Assembly: GCA_963830915.1 (NCBI GenBank) | Contig: CAWHOE010000057.1 | Location: 32,001 to 96,000, forward strand | Length of the DNA stretch: 64,000 nucleotides | Direction of reading: 5' to 3' | Origin: a candidate division FCPU426 bacterium | GTDB taxonomy: Bacteria > Oederibacteriota > Muellerivitia > Muellerivitales > Muellerivitaceae | In this document: positions 21,699 through 32,158 of the stretch, one piece after another | How positions within the stretch are numbered: position 1 is the stretch's first letter | Layout: every line of letters begins with the position of its first letter | Made by a program: the position numbers and the translations under genes | The notes under the pieces: generated by a model | Seen by the model: only the letters and a program-made list of their open reading frames with translations | The model's database searches: none | Told to the model about the DNA's origin: nothing

Positions 21699-21889
21699 AT
21701 GCATTACCAAAAATTCACCACAGAGGCACAGAGGGCACGGAAAAAGCTTTGTTATTTATATCCACAAATACCGCTCTCCAAGAAACAGTAATCCCATTGC
21801 CAAGATTGTCAGATCAAAGATTTAAATCTTTAGGATAAAAGGAACGGCTTAAGCCGAATTGGCAACTGATGTGCCGTTTTATAAAACTT

Positions 21890-22438
21890 GCCAGAAACCC
21901 CCAGGCTTTTAAGCCTGGGGATGAATGGCTGCCCGGAGGTTCGGCAGAATTTTTGCCGAACCGCAGGCAAAAAAATATGGCATGCTCTGGGCATGACGAA
22001 ATACTGGATAGGGGCACATACTAAGCACCGTCTGCAATTTCATCTCATTTGGATACCCAAGTATCGGAAACGAGTCCTGGCAGGCAAAGTGGTCGTCCGC
22101 CTGCAAGAGCTATTTTGGGAGGCGGCCCAAGTTAACCGATGGGAAATACACGAGCTTAATATTCAGCGAGATCACGTTCATATGCTTATCCAGGTTGAGC
22201 CAAGTGTAAGCGTGGCCCAAGTTGTTCAAGTACTGAAGGGTGGAACAAGTATCAAAATCAGGCAAGAATTTCCCGAAATGGAAGAGTTACTATGGGGAAC
22301 GAGTTTTTGGGCGGACGGGTACTTTGTGGAAAGTATTGGGACGGTGCAGGAAGAAATGATTCGTAAGTATATCCGAGAGCAAGACCAAAGCAGGCCGAAA
22401 GGCTGAAACCCCGGGCTTTTGCCCGGGGAGTAGCTTCA
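21890..22438 (+). mobile_element. IS200-group element (tnpA only); ends approximate
   Basis: Subterminal hairpins CCCCAGGCTT-t-t-AAGCCTGGGG (~21899-21920) and CCCCGGGC-tttt-GCCCGGGG (~22409-22428) flank tnpA. Confidence 0.8.
21993..22406 (+). CDS. tnpA: IS200/IS605 Y1 (HUH) transposase
   Basis: HLIWIPKYR, DHVH (HUH), LKG.TS, FWADGYF, YIREQ. Confidence 0.93.
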   Translation: MTKYWIGAHTKHRLQFHLIWIPKYRKRVLAGKVVVRLQELFWEAAQVNRWEIHELNIQRDHVHMLIQVEPSVSVAQVVQVLKGGTSIKIRQEFPEMEELLWGTSFWADGYFVESIGTVQEEMIRKYIREQDQSRPKG

Positions 22439-22474
22439 TTAATGACTAACAGAGCTTAAATTTGGAGAATTTAT

Positions 22475-22798
22475 ATGCACCTTCGACCAGAAGAAGTAAC
22501 TACATGGTTTGTAGATGAAATTGATTCAGTTAAAAAGAAAGCTTATGAAATATTCGCGATGCCCGAAGGGGAAATTTTGAAAGGCATCTATGCAAGACTA
22601 AAAGAAAAATTGGAAACTTATCCTCCGGATCAAAAGTTCTTTTCAATCCCTCGGATGGATCTAAACACTAATACCTTTTGGGTCAGAAGCGAGAACAATC
22701 GATTACTTATAAGGGCCAAATACTTCGTTTGGGCAGAAACCTGTGTAATTGATAAGTTTTATCTATCGGAAGAGAGACCCGCTGACCTTGAGTTGTAG
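22475..22798 (+). CDS. Hypothetical protein
   Basis: 107-aa ORF with GGAG RBS. Confidence 0.55.
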   Translation: MHLRPEEVTTWFVDEIDSVKKKAYEIFAMPEGEILKGIYARLKEKLETYPPDQKFFSIPRMDLNTNTFWVRSENNRLLIRAKYFVWAETCVIDKFYLSEERPADLEL

Positions 22799-22846
22799 CT
22801 ACAAGAGAGCTACAATGTTGCTGAAAGCTAAGAAAAGGAGGCTGTT

Positions 22847-23254
22847 ATGTCCTCAATCGCGCATAAAGATCATAAAACCAATCCCGCGCAAGTTAAGGCT
22901 GTTGGCGTTAGGCGTCATCGGATCAATCCATTGAAAAATAACAAAGCGACTTTAAGAGGATCGAGGGACATAACATTGCGTTTTCGTGTCCACGCCAGCC
23001 AAAAACAATACTGGTTCAAAGCCTTGGCCAAGTTAGGCGTAGAGGATTTTTCCACCTATGCCCGTGCCGCCGTTGAACGGGCCATTACCCAGGACCTGCG
23101 GTCCTTGGAACCCCAATGGCAAGAATTCGTGAAGGCTATACAACCGATCGCGAAAGAAAAATTGGGTGTTCAGGTCAGCGATGATCCCAAAGACAGACTC
23201 GAAAATATGGATGAGGTTAACAAAGTCTTGGCTAAACGCCGTTTAAAGCCATAG
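22847..23254 (+). CDS. Hypothetical protein, possible ribbon-helix-helix DNA-binding
   Basis: AGGAGG RBS; ITLRFRV...FSTYARAAV beta-helix-helix pattern. Confidence 0.55.
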   Translation: MSSIAHKDHKTNPAQVKAVGVRRHRINPLKNNKATLRGSRDITLRFRVHASQKQYWFKALAKLGVEDFSTYARAAVERAITQDLRSLEPQWQEFVKAIQPIAKEKLGVQVSDDPKDRLENMDEVNKVLAKRRLKP

Positions 23255-23482
23255 TGGTACTTTTCGATCTTTCCCCCTTTTCTTGATGAATCGCGAAAGA
23301 AGAAGGGAGCACCCCTGTTTACGATCAACATTTTCAAGTAGATGAAATGGGGCAGGCAGCCTGTTCCTTAATAATCTTCTTAAAAAGTTCGAAGAACGTT
23401 CTTTTTTCCATGAAACTTTATCGTAACCCCACGATTCTTTCAGGAACTTTGAGTCGCGGGCCTTTATCTGACCTGTTTTTCT

Positions 23483-24052
23483 TTGAGGACAGCCTGCTAT
23501 AATCCAACCACTTTGAAACCGAATACAGAGACAGAAAGCCGACCATTGGCCAACCTTAGATACCGCCGGGCAAAGCCCCATGACGCCCGGGACATCGTCA
23601 AACTGATAGGGCATTTTTCCGTCAAAGGGGTGATGCTGCCCCGCCCTTACACCGAGATCGTGGAAAAAATACGCGACTTCACCGTGGCCATGGAAAACGA
23701 CGGCTATAACACCACCCTGCGGGGCATCGTTGCGCTTCACACAGTGGGCGAGGACATGGCCGAAATAAGAAGCCTGGCGGTGGATGAGACCTGTCATGGC
23801 AGGGGCATCGGCAAGACCCTGGTGGGTTACTGCATACGGGACGGGCTGGAAATGGGCTTGCACCGCATCTTCACCCTGACCTACCAGACCGAGTTCTTCG
23901 GCAAGATGGGTTTTGAGAAGGTCGAAAAGATGACCCTGCCCCAAAAGATATGGGGCGATTGCATCCATTGCGCCAAATTCACCGACTGCGACGAGGTGGC
24001 CATGATCGTCAACCTGGCCGACGCGCCGAGCCATGAAAAAGGGGACTCATGA
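23483..24052 (+). CDS. GNAT N-acetyltransferase, short ArgA-like; true start probably slightly downstream
   Basis: MLPR, IRDF, AEIRSLAV, GRGIG, FTLTYQ..FF, LPQKIW.DC..C.KF..CDE.AM. Confidence 0.85.
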   Translation: MRTACYNPTTLKPNTETESRPLANLRYRRAKPHDARDIVKLIGHFSVKGVMLPRPYTEIVEKIRDFTVAMENDGYNTTLRGIVALHTVGEDMAEIRSLAVDETCHGRGIGKTLVGYCIRDGLEMGLHRIFTLTYQTEFFGKMGFEKVEKMTLPQKIWGDCIHCAKFTDCDEVAMIVNLADAPSHEKGDS

Positions 24053-24777
24053 CCGCCGATTCCGCCACCAAGCCACGCCAGCCCTCCGCCCGGCCCAGCA
24101 CCTGGCGACTGGTAGCCAGCTGGTACGTGGACCTGCTCATCTGCGGGTTCCTGGCCTGGGTGGTCTGCTTCACCTTCGGCTGGCAATCCAGCCTGACCTT
24201 CTTGACCCTCATCCTTTGGTTCGGCGAGACCCTCTATTGCCGGGACAGGCTCAACCCCACTGCGGGGGAGTACTGCTTGGGTATCCGCTACCTGACCTCT
24301 TCTTCCAGCCAGGTGGTGGCCGACATCCAGATCATCCATAAAAAACTGGTGCTCAACGCCTATATCCTCATCGCCGGTGTGGTGGACCTGACACTGGCTA
24401 TCCTTTGCTTCTGCGGATGGACCTTCTTCAGCCGTTCGGTGGTCTGCGGCATCATCATCAGCCCCCCCGGGTCGCTCATCTATTGGATCGTGGCGGGCCT
24501 GGCCCTGTTCTTTTGCAGTGGGTCGCTTTTGTCCGGCTCCAAGACCGCCCTCTGGATCGTGCCACTGTTCCACGCCCTGTTCTTCGTGGACTTCTTCCTC
24601 AGCTACACCGTCTGGAAGCAGTTGATGATGGACAGCATGTTCTACACGCCTTATGTGTCCGTCGCCCTCATCACCCTGGCCAAGACCCAGAACCACCTGT
24701 TCTTGAACCTGATCGGTTTCTGGAGCGCCTTCATCGTGGGCGTGGTGGCCTTTTCACGGAAACACCTGATCAATTGA
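24049..24777 (+). CDS. RDD-like membrane protein; its 3' end matches the downstream repeats
   Basis: WRLVASWYVDLLI...T.GEYCLGIR resembles RDD; ATGA overlap with upstream gene; GC-rich codon usage. Confidence 0.65.
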   Translation: MTADSATKPRQPSARPSTWRLVASWYVDLLICGFLAWVVCFTFGWQSSLTFLTLILWFGETLYCRDRLNPTAGEYCLGIRYLTSSSSQVVADIQIIHKKLVLNAYILIAGVVDLTLAILCFCGWTFFSRSVVCGIIISPPGSLIYWIVAGLALFFCSGSLLSGSKTALWIVPLFHALFFVDFFLSYTVWKQLMMDSMFYTPYVSVALITLAKTQNHLFLNLIGFWSAFIVGVVAFSRKHLIN

Positions 24778-24784
24778 GGCATTC

Positions 24785-25633
24785 ATGAATATCGGCCAAT
24801 GGATCCAACGGCAATCTAAAGCCCAGATCATTCTATTGGCGACATCCCTTTTCCTTTTGGATGAGGCCATCGACTATGTCACTGGCCCGGAACTGAACGT
24901 CTCTTTCCTGCACCTGATACCGGTCTTTCTGGTCGTCTGGAACGCCGGGTTGATCCCTGGGTTGGTTTATTCTGTCTTCTGCACCTTCGTGATCTTCTTC
25001 ATCAGCATCCACTCCCTTTTCACGGTCTCGATCGCGGTGCAGGGTTTCAACGCCGGGGCCAACTTGGTATTCCTCAGCGCTTTCGCCCTGGTCCTGAATT
25101 ACCTGAAGAAATACCTGGATAACATCACCTACCTGGCGGAAGTGGATGGCCTGACCGAATTGTTGAACGCCCGATCCTTTTGGAAACGAGCCCAACAGGA
25201 AATCAAGATTTCAACCGAGAAGAAACTGCCCTTTACCCTCATCTACATCGACGTGGACAACTTCAAGCAGGTGAACGATACGATGGGCCATGGCGCGGGG
25301 GACGAGGTTTTAAGAACGATAGGGAAGTTCCTAAATTCCCATTTCCGAAAGGATGATATCCGCACCAGGATCGGCGGGGATGAGTTCGCCGTCCTATTGC
25401 CTGGCTATTCCACGAAGGAAGCGGAGACCGAGATACCCAAATTTCACCAGCAGATGAACCAAGCGTTGGGAAAGCATCATTCCACGGTCACTTGTAGTGT
25501 GGGAGCCGTCACTTTCCTGGAAGCCCCTGTCAGCGTCCAGACCGCCATCTCCGAGGCGGATAAGTTGATGTACCAGGTCAAGATGAACGGCAAGAACAAT
25601 TACCTGTTGAGGGCTTACCCCGCGAAGGATTAA
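24785..25633 (+). CDS. Membrane-bound diguanylate cyclase
   Basis: N-terminal TMs; DGLT.LLN.R, DVDNFK.VND..GH..GD, RIGGDEF. Confidence 0.92.
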   Translation: MNIGQWIQRQSKAQIILLATSLFLLDEAIDYVTGPELNVSFLHLIPVFLVVWNAGLIPGLVYSVFCTFVIFFISIHSLFTVSIAVQGFNAGANLVFLSAFALVLNYLKKYLDNITYLAEVDGLTELLNARSFWKRAQQEIKISTEKKLPFTLIYIDVDNFKQVNDTMGHGAGDEVLRTIGKFLNSHFRKDDIRTRIGGDEFAVLLPGYSTKEAETEIPKFHQQMNQALGKHHSTVTCSVGAVTFLEAPVSVQTAISEADKLMYQVKMNGKNNYLLRAYPAKD

Positions 25634-25640
25634 AGTCGTT

Positions 25641-25718
25641 GTCTTTTCAAGGAAACATCCTATCAATTAACACCTGCCTACTATTCCACGGAATAAATCC
25701 CCATTTTCCGATCTATTC
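25641..25718 (+). repeat. Array junction repeat R1
   Basis: gtcttttcaaggaaacatcctatcaattaa (RDD tail-like) + cacctgcc + ttccacGGAATAAAT at 25690. Confidence 0.75.
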
Positions 25719-25787
25719 TGCGGATCGCCTTACATTCCAGAATTTGATATAAAAGTGGCAAGAGATGTCATCATTATGGAGGGGAAA

Positions 25788-25988
25788 ATGAAGATCACGA
25801 CCCATATCGATGAGGGACTTTTGAAAAAAGTCAAACGGATAACGGGATTCGATACTCATCGGGAAGTCCTGGAAGCCGGCTTGCGCAACTTATTGGCGGA
25901 CAACCAACGTAATAGTTTCGTGAAAAACTTTGATAAGTACTGCCTCGATTTCACACCTAAATTGCTTAAGGTGTCTAGGGGTACATGA
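25788..25988 (+). CDS. VapB-like type II antitoxin, no cognate toxin
   Basis: MKITTHIDEGLL..V......T.REVLEAGL pattern. Confidence 0.65.
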   Translation: MKITTHIDEGLLKKVKRITGFDTHREVLEAGLRNLLADNQRNSFVKNFDKYCLDFTPKLLKVSRGT

Positions 25989-26218
25989 TATCTATGAAAA
26001 AAGAATATGATTTTTCAAAAGCCGAGGTTCATAGAGGCTCTCTTTTGAATTCCAAGGGTTCTAATATCCGGAAGATCTTCCACATCCTCGTGAACACGAT
26101 CTTAAAACGCGAAATATCGAGAAATAATAATTTAGAGAAAAAACATCGCCAAGGTTACCAATCCAAGCCAGTCCAACGTGAAGAAGTTGGGGCCTGGGAA
26201 AAAGAACAAATTTGGTGA
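25985..26218 (+). pseudogene. Chimeric antitoxin remnant
   Basis: Starts MKKEYDFSKA (BrnA-like) and ends LEKKHRQGY..KPV..EE...WE.EQ.W (another antitoxin-like tail). Confidence 0.4.
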
Positions 26219-26369
26219 GAATATCGATCCGAATCAAAAAGTACGTCAAGTTGTTCAATTTGCTTTAGGTCATGATAGCTGGGTCTCGATTTTTAATAAC
26301 GATAAGGTTACTTTGACAGCTGTGTAAGCCGAGTAAATAAAAGTCTATAGAATTCAATCGAGGCTGGAA

Positions 26370-27728
26370 ATGGAATCCCCGCAGACAAACACGAATCCGA
26401 AAGCGCTCCTGTTTTCGGTCAGAACGCCCAAGGTGACCGAAACCGAGGCGATGGAATCGATGATCGAACTCGAACGGCTGGTGACGACCTTAGGTTACGA
26501 GGTGACCGGGACTATGTCCCAGCGGCAACCCAGCACATCAGGGGTCGCTGTGGTCGGTGAGGGTAAATTGATGGAGATCGCCCAACGCACCGTCGGAAAG
26601 GGTGCCCAGGATGGGGTAAAGGGGGACTCGCTTGCGTCCCAACCCCTTAGTTCGGGGATTTCGCCCCTTTCAGGGACTCAACAGGCACAAGACCCGGCCG
26701 TAACCCCTGAAGGACTGGCGACTATGGTCGTATTTGACTGTGATCTCAGTCCGTCCCAGATCCGGAACGTCGAAACAGCCGTGGGAGTTCCGGTGCTCGA
26801 TCGGACCGGGGTGATCATCGAGATCTTCAACCGGCACGCGAAGACCCGGGCGGCCCGACTACAGGTCGATATCGCGCGCCAAACCTACCAGGCGCCCCGT
26901 CTGCGGGATGTGGGGGTGGGAAAGGGGCACCAGTCCGGCCGGGGAACCGGGGAAACCGTCATCGAGACGGAAAAGCGAAAAGTCCGCGACCGGCTGGCTG
27001 AGCTGAGGCACGAGTTACAAGCGGTTCAAAGAGAAGAAGAGCATCGCCGGATGAAGCGCGCCGAACTGCTCGGCGCCGCGCTGGTGGGCTACACGAATGC
27101 CGGAAAATCATCCCTCATGCGGGCTCTGACCGGCAGCGATGTCCTGGTGGAGGACAAACTCTTCGCGACCCTGGATACAACGGTTCGCGCCCTGCAGCCA
27201 GAGACCCAGCCGAGGATCCTGATCGCCGATACGGTTGGTTTTATCCACAAGCTTCCACACGATCTGGTGGCGTCCTTCCGCTCCACGCTGGATGAGGCCC
27301 GCGCCGCGTCCCTGTTGCTTTACGTGGTGGACGCCTCTGACCGCAACTTTCGTTCGCAGCTCTCGGTGGTTCGGGAAGTCTTGGGTGATATTGGCGCCGC
27401 CACAACGCCCTATCTTCTTATCCTCAATAAGGCCGACCGCTTGAGCGAATGGCAGAAGCAGGTTCTCGGGGCGGAGTATCCGAACGCTGTTTTAACCTCG
27501 ACCCGCAGTCCCGAGGACATGCGGACCGTCAGTGAACGCATTGTCCACTTTTTCGAGAAGGACATGATCGAAAAGGAGATCCTCGTTCCCTATAAATCGC
27601 AAGGAGTCATCAGTGAAATGCGTTTGAATATGAAGATCTTGAAGGAGAGCTTTACCGAAGAAGGGGTTCTATTGCTTGTTCGCTCTCGTCCGCTCGACCT
27701 TCAGCGCTTGATTAAAATGGTGAAGTAA
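26370..27728 (+). CDS. hflX: GTPase HflX
   Basis: LSPSQ.RN.E, DRTGVI.EIF..HA, GYTNAGKSS, DKLFATLDT, DTVGFI..LPH.LV.SF, NKAD. Confidence 0.93.
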   Translation: MESPQTNTNPKALLFSVRTPKVTETEAMESMIELERLVTTLGYEVTGTMSQRQPSTSGVAVVGEGKLMEIAQRTVGKGAQDGVKGDSLASQPLSSGISPLSGTQQAQDPAVTPEGLATMVVFDCDLSPSQIRNVETAVGVPVLDRTGVIIEIFNRHAKTRAARLQVDIARQTYQAPRLRDVGVGKGHQSGRGTGETVIETEKRKVRDRLAELRHELQAVQREEEHRRMKRAELLGAALVGYTNAGKSSLMRALTGSDVLVEDKLFATLDTTVRALQPETQPRILIADTVGFIHKLPHDLVASFRSTLDEARAASLLLYVVDASDRNFRSQLSVVREVLGDIGAATTPYLLILNKADRLSEWQKQVLGAEYPNAVLTSTRSPEDMRTVSERIVHFFEKDMIEKEILVPYKSQGVISEMRLNMKILKESFTEEGVLLLVRSRPLDLQRLIKMVK

Positions 27729-27800
27729 ATATCGGGGTCAGGCCAACCCTTTTTTACGCTTCTTACCGTTGTGGAAAAAATTAAATCCAAAGGTTAAAAA

Positions 27801-28085
27801 ATGATGAAAAACAAGAAGCGCGAAGACGCCAAAGCACTGATTTCTTCCGTCAGGAATATTCTCTTTAACGATTGGGACCCTCTGAATGTTTCAGGCGCGA
27901 TGAAAACGAAAGATGAATACGATTATTTGATCGGCAAAGTGATTGAATTATTAAGACAAAAACCGTCACTGGAGCGGATCGTGGAATTTTTGATGGAGGA
28001 AGAAAAGGGATTGGGCTGCATTCACGACCCTAAAAATACGAAAAATGCCGCTTCCAAACTAAATTTAATCTCGGATGAGATGTGA
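27801..28085 (+). CDS. Small hypothetical protein (WDP...DEY motif)
   Basis: ILFNDWDPLNV...DEYD.LI. Confidence 0.6.
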   Translation: MMKNKKREDAKALISSVRNILFNDWDPLNVSGAMKTKDEYDYLIGKVIELLRQKPSLERIVEFLMEEEKGLGCIHDPKNTKNAASKLNLISDEM

Positions 28086-28187
28086 AAGAGTTATTCATGA
28101 CTGCCGTGCCCTGTAGTGACCAAGGGGCTACTACAGGGGGACTCGAATTGGACACAAATAATATGCGGTAAGCTAAGGAGAGCCTTC

Positions 28188-28766
28188 ATGTTGGATGACC
28201 TGAAACGTAAAGCCATCGCGGATCTGTGGAAACGTAAATTGGACCAGGATTCGCGCAAGCTTCCCAAGTCGGACCGACACCGCAACTTGGAACCTGATTC
28301 CGCCGAGTTCATCTGCGCCTTGGCCGAAGGATGTCACTCCAAAAGGCTATTGGAAATCGGCGGCTCGAGCGGCATTTCCACCATCGCGCTTGCTTCCGCG
28401 TCGCGGCAAACAGGGGGAAGCCTCACCTCCCTTGAGATCGAACCAGCCCGACAAGCGGAGTCGAAGAATACGATCAGCGCGCTGGGCCTGCAAGACTGGG
28501 TCAATTACCGATTGGGAGACGCCGGAAAGATCATTCCGGAACTCGGGGAGATGGATTTTGTCCTGATCGATTGTGAAAAAGAAGATTACATTCGTTTTTT
28601 CGACATGCTTCACCTGGCCCCTGGGGCGGTCGTGGTCGCGGATAACATCATTTCCCACAACTTGACCGATTACATTTCACATGTACGAAAACGGGGAAAC
28701 GTGGAATCGATCACCCTTCCTATCGGCAAGGGCCTGGAGATTACCCGTGTAGGTGCCGTTCAATAA
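28188..28766 (+). CDS. O-methyltransferase, class I SAM-dependent
   Basis: LEIGGSSGIS, GDA, DFVLIDCEK..Y, VVADN. Confidence 0.88.
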   Translation: MLDDLKRKAIADLWKRKLDQDSRKLPKSDRHRNLEPDSAEFICALAEGCHSKRLLEIGGSSGISTIALASASRQTGGSLTSLEIEPARQAESKNTISALGLQDWVNYRLGDAGKIIPELGEMDFVLIDCEKEDYIRFFDMLHLAPGAVVVADNIISHNLTDYISHVRKRGNVESITLPIGKGLEITRVGAVQ

Positions 28767-28802
28767 AAGGGGAACAGGGTTCAGGCCCACGCCCCGCTTG
28801 GC

Positions 28803-28888
28803 CGCCTTTTCCCGCAAACCCCTGCGTTAACACCCGCCACCTTTTTCGCGGAATAAATCCCTCTTTTTGAAGTCTTATAGGTTAAGGA
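28803..28888 (+). repeat. Array junction repeat R2
   Basis: gccttttcccgcaaacccctg..ttaacacccgcc + GGAATA(28850)-N16-GTCTTATAG. Confidence 0.8.
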
Positions 28889-28943
28889 AGCAAGTCTAAT
28901 CGTTCAAAAATCGATGCTATAATTCAGACATTACCTATCGGGA

Positions 28944-30101
28944 GTGTATGTGTCCCATCGTATCCACCTGGCTTTCTTGGCTCTCTTATTATTAATGGCC
29001 GTTCCCCTGGCATGTTCCAAGACCTATTACCTCGGGCCGTTAGCGACCACACCCACTCCTGTTTTTACCCCGAGTTACTCATCCACCCCTGTTTTCACCC
29101 CAACCTCCACCTGCACTGGAAGACTGGTGACGACCCTGGCGGGTCATATCGGCGCAGGCGGCGCCGTCAACGGGACCGGAACCGCCGCCTCATTCAATTA
29201 TCCTCAAGGGGTCGGGGTTGACACTGCCGGTAATGTTTATGTCGCGGACTCGGATAATCACATGATCCGAAAGATCGATCCTGGGGGCGTGGTGACAACC
29301 CTGGCGGGATCGGGGGCCGAGGGAAACACGAACGGGACGGGAACCGCAGCCTCATTTTATTTTCCAAGCGGAGTCGCGGCCGACCTATCCGGCAATGTTT
29401 ACGTCGCGGACACTGGGAATAACCTCATCCGTGAGATCAGCCCCGGCGGCATTGTGACGACCTTGGCTGGATCTGGCGCGGAGGGCGCGGTCAATGGCAC
29501 CGGAACCGCGGCGAGTTTCTTCATGCCCAGGGGCGTCGCGGTCGATAGCGCGGGCAATGTCTATGTCGGGGATTCGGGCAACAATATGATCCGAAAGATC
29601 ACTCCAGGGGGGTTGGTCTCGACCCTGGCTGGTTCCGGATCCTATGGGAGTTCCGACGGAACAGGAACCGCCGCCTCATTTGCCTCGCCCCAAGGAATCG
29701 CGTTGGACACGGCTGGAAACATTTATGTCGCGGATACCAATGATGATCTGATCAGGTGGATCACGCCGGGTGGTGTGGTTTCGACCGCCGCGGGTTCGGC
29801 TTGGGTCGCGGGATCCAACAACGGGACTGGTTCAGCGGCGACGTTCGATAATCCAACCGGGGTGGCGGTCGATGGTTCCGGGGATATTTATGTCGCGGAT
29901 CTAAGCAACGACCTGATCCGGGAGATCGCTCCCGGGGGCGTGGTCACGACCCTAGCGGGTACCCTCGATGAAGCCGGATGCGTCAACGGTAATGCCGCCT
30001 GCGCTCTGTTCTATTACCCGAATGAGGTCGCGGAGGATTCAGCCGGGAACCTTTACGTCGTAGAGTCCCACAACAACATGATCCGGAAGATCTCGCCGTG
30101 A
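28944..30101 (+). CDS. NHL-repeat lipoprotein (GTGTAASF type)
   Basis: PLAC lipobox; six repeats TLAG...NGTGTAASF..P.GVAVD..GNVYVAD..N..IRKI. Confidence 0.9.
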   Translation: MYVSHRIHLAFLALLLLMAVPLACSKTYYLGPLATTPTPVFTPSYSSTPVFTPTSTCTGRLVTTLAGHIGAGGAVNGTGTAASFNYPQGVGVDTAGNVYVADSDNHMIRKIDPGGVVTTLAGSGAEGNTNGTGTAASFYFPSGVAADLSGNVYVADTGNNLIREISPGGIVTTLAGSGAEGAVNGTGTAASFFMPRGVAVDSAGNVYVGDSGNNMIRKITPGGLVSTLAGSGSYGSSDGTGTAASFASPQGIALDTAGNIYVADTNDDLIRWITPGGVVSTAAGSAWVAGSNNGTGSAATFDNPTGVAVDGSGDIYVADLSNDLIREIAPGGVVTTLAGTLDEAGCVNGNAACALFYYPNEVAEDSAGNLYVVESHNNMIRKISP

Positions 30102-30122
30102 AAACCAATTCATTGATTTGGC

Positions 30123-30213
30123 CGTATTTTCTGAAAGCATCCAAGCCATAAACACTGGCCTTGCTTTTTCCATGGAATAAATCCCCTTTTTTGAAGTCTT
30201 ATATGTAGGGAAC
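30123..30213 (+). repeat. Array junction repeat R3
   Basis: ttttccatGGAATA(30174)-N16-GTCTTATAtgtagggaac. Confidence 0.8.
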
Positions 30214-30224
30214 CCCAGTAGCAG

Positions 30225-30331
30225 ACCCTGAAGTAGAGATGCCTTCGGCATCACACTTCAGGGCAGGGCCCTTCGCACGCTTCATGGCACGGCACTTCAG
30301 GGCAGGGCCCTTCGCACGCTTCAAGGCACGG
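30225..30331. repeat. REP-like hairpin plus 2 x 39-bp tandem repeat
   Basis: ccctgaagt..gatgcc-ttc-ggcatc..acttcaggg hairpin; cacttcagggcagggcccttcgcacgcttca(t/a)ggcacgg twice. Confidence 0.65.
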
Positions 30332-30378
30332 CGCTAAGGGGTGGCACGAGTGACCGATCGAGTGGAAAGACAAGTCGA

Positions 30379-31993
30379 ATGTTTCAACCTTTATCCAAAA
30401 CCATATTGTTTGGGTTCATATGCCTGGGGTTCTTTTTTGCGGCCAATCCCATGATGTCCCAGCCTATTTGCGGGTCCCTTGTGAACGAAACGATCAATTG
30501 GACACCGATCGCATCTCTCCCCTCGGCCCGTTTCTGGTCGGCCACGGCCCGTCCTGAATGGACTGATCTATGAAATCGGCGGCGAGGAATCCTACGCGAC
30601 CACGGACGTGGATGTTTACAATCCCGTTTCAAACACCTGGTCGCCCTTGGCACCCTTGCCTGTCGCCACTTGGCTCATGGGGGCGGATGTGATCGATGGA
30701 ATTATTTATGTGGCCGGGGGGTATGACTATTATGGTGAGGTCAATACCCTTTACGCTTATAACCCTTCCACCAATACCTGGTCCACCCTTGCCCCCTTGC
30801 CTATTCCGCTGGTGGAAGAAGGGGTCGTCGCGATCAACGGGATCCTTTATGCCGTGGGAGGAGCGGTGGGAAGCGGGGCGCCGCCCACACCCGTTAATAC
30901 CCTCTATGCCTATAACCCCGCGACCAATACCTGGGCCACTCTGGCACCCATGCCAGCCGCTCTAACATTTATGACGGTGTGCTCGTACAACGGGCTTCTT
31001 TACGCCGCGGGTGGTTATGGCGTCGTCGGAGCGAGCGAGAAAGATGTGAATACTTTCGAGTCTTACGATCCCGCCACCAATACTTGGACGGCACTGGCCC
31101 CCATGAATATCAGCTGTTCGAATTTCGCCCTCCAGGAGGTCAATGGGATCCTTTACGCCGTGGGGGGCTTGATCAACACCGTTCCGGGGGTCATCGCCAG
31201 CGTAGAGGCCTACGATCCAACCGCCAATACCTGGACCAACCTATCGAATCCCTATCCCATCGTCCTCCAGGGAATGGGGGACGTGGTGGTCAACGGGTCG
31301 ATGTATGTGATCGGCGGATATTCGGACAGCGCGACCCTCGATGCCCCGACCAGCGTCTGTTACATGATGTCCATTGTTTGCAATACGAGCCCGACCCCTA
31401 CTATCACCGTTTCTCCCACGTCCTCCCTTACCCCGACGGTTTCGATGACGCCTAGCGCGACAGCCTCCCAGACCAATACGTCAACATCAACAGCGACTGG
31501 GACATCGTCCCTCTCCGCTACGCCTTCCGCTACGCCAACGATTACTTTAACACCCACGAATACGATGACGCCTACGGCATCCCTTACCGCTACTCCTTCC
31601 CCTACGGGGACAAGTTCGGCAACGCCAACGACGACTTCCACTTCCACCTTCACGACTACCATCACCTGGACATCGACACCCACATTCACACCCACCATAA
31701 CCTTGACCCCGACGCCCACCCCGGTCCCGTTGAATATTTGGCCCAATCCCTTCAACCTGAACTCCGCGGTGGGCGGGGTCTTGAAAGCCCACCTGGCGCC
31801 TCCTGGCTCTTACATGGAGATCTTCACGGTTTCAGGGGAGATGGTGAATCGAATGAGCGAAATGAACGGAACGATCCTTTGGGATGGGCGCAACCGTTAT
31901 GGCCGCGTGGTTTCCAACGGCATCTATTTTTACGTGGTCATGAGCGGGCAAAATGTATTAACGAAGGGGAAACTTCTGGTCCAAACGAATTAA
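30379..31993 (+). pseudogene. Kelch-repeat secreted protein with Thr stalk and FlgD/CTD-like tail; +1 frameshift near 30549
   Basis: Removing one C from gccCgtc joins signal-peptide ORF 30379 to VLNGLIYEIGGE...; Kelch GG/Y/W repeats; WPNPF...SNGIYFY. Confidence 0.8.
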
Positions 31994-32046
31994 TGCGCCT
32001 TTTGTCCGTTTCAATGGGGAACTTCAACCTGGACCCTTTGTCCTGA

Positions 32047-32158
32047 AGCGCCTTCATCGTTGGCGCGGTGGACTTTCCCCACAAACACCCAGTCAATCAA
32101 CACCCGCCTTCTTTTTCCACGGAATAAATCCCCCTTTTTAGAGTCTAATCATTAGGGA
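32047..32158 (+). repeat. Array junction repeat R4 (long RDD-tail homology)
   Basis: agcgccttcatcgttggcgcggtggactttccccacaaacacccagtcaatcaa versus agcgccttcatcgtgggcgtggtggccttttcacggaaacacctgatcaattga (24724-24777); GGAATA(32121)-N16-GTCT. Confidence 0.9.

Noticed and set aside
21890..22800. IS605-type element with tnpB/omega RNA
   Set aside because: The right hairpin follows the tnpA stop directly and the next ORF has no RuvC or zinc-finger motifs
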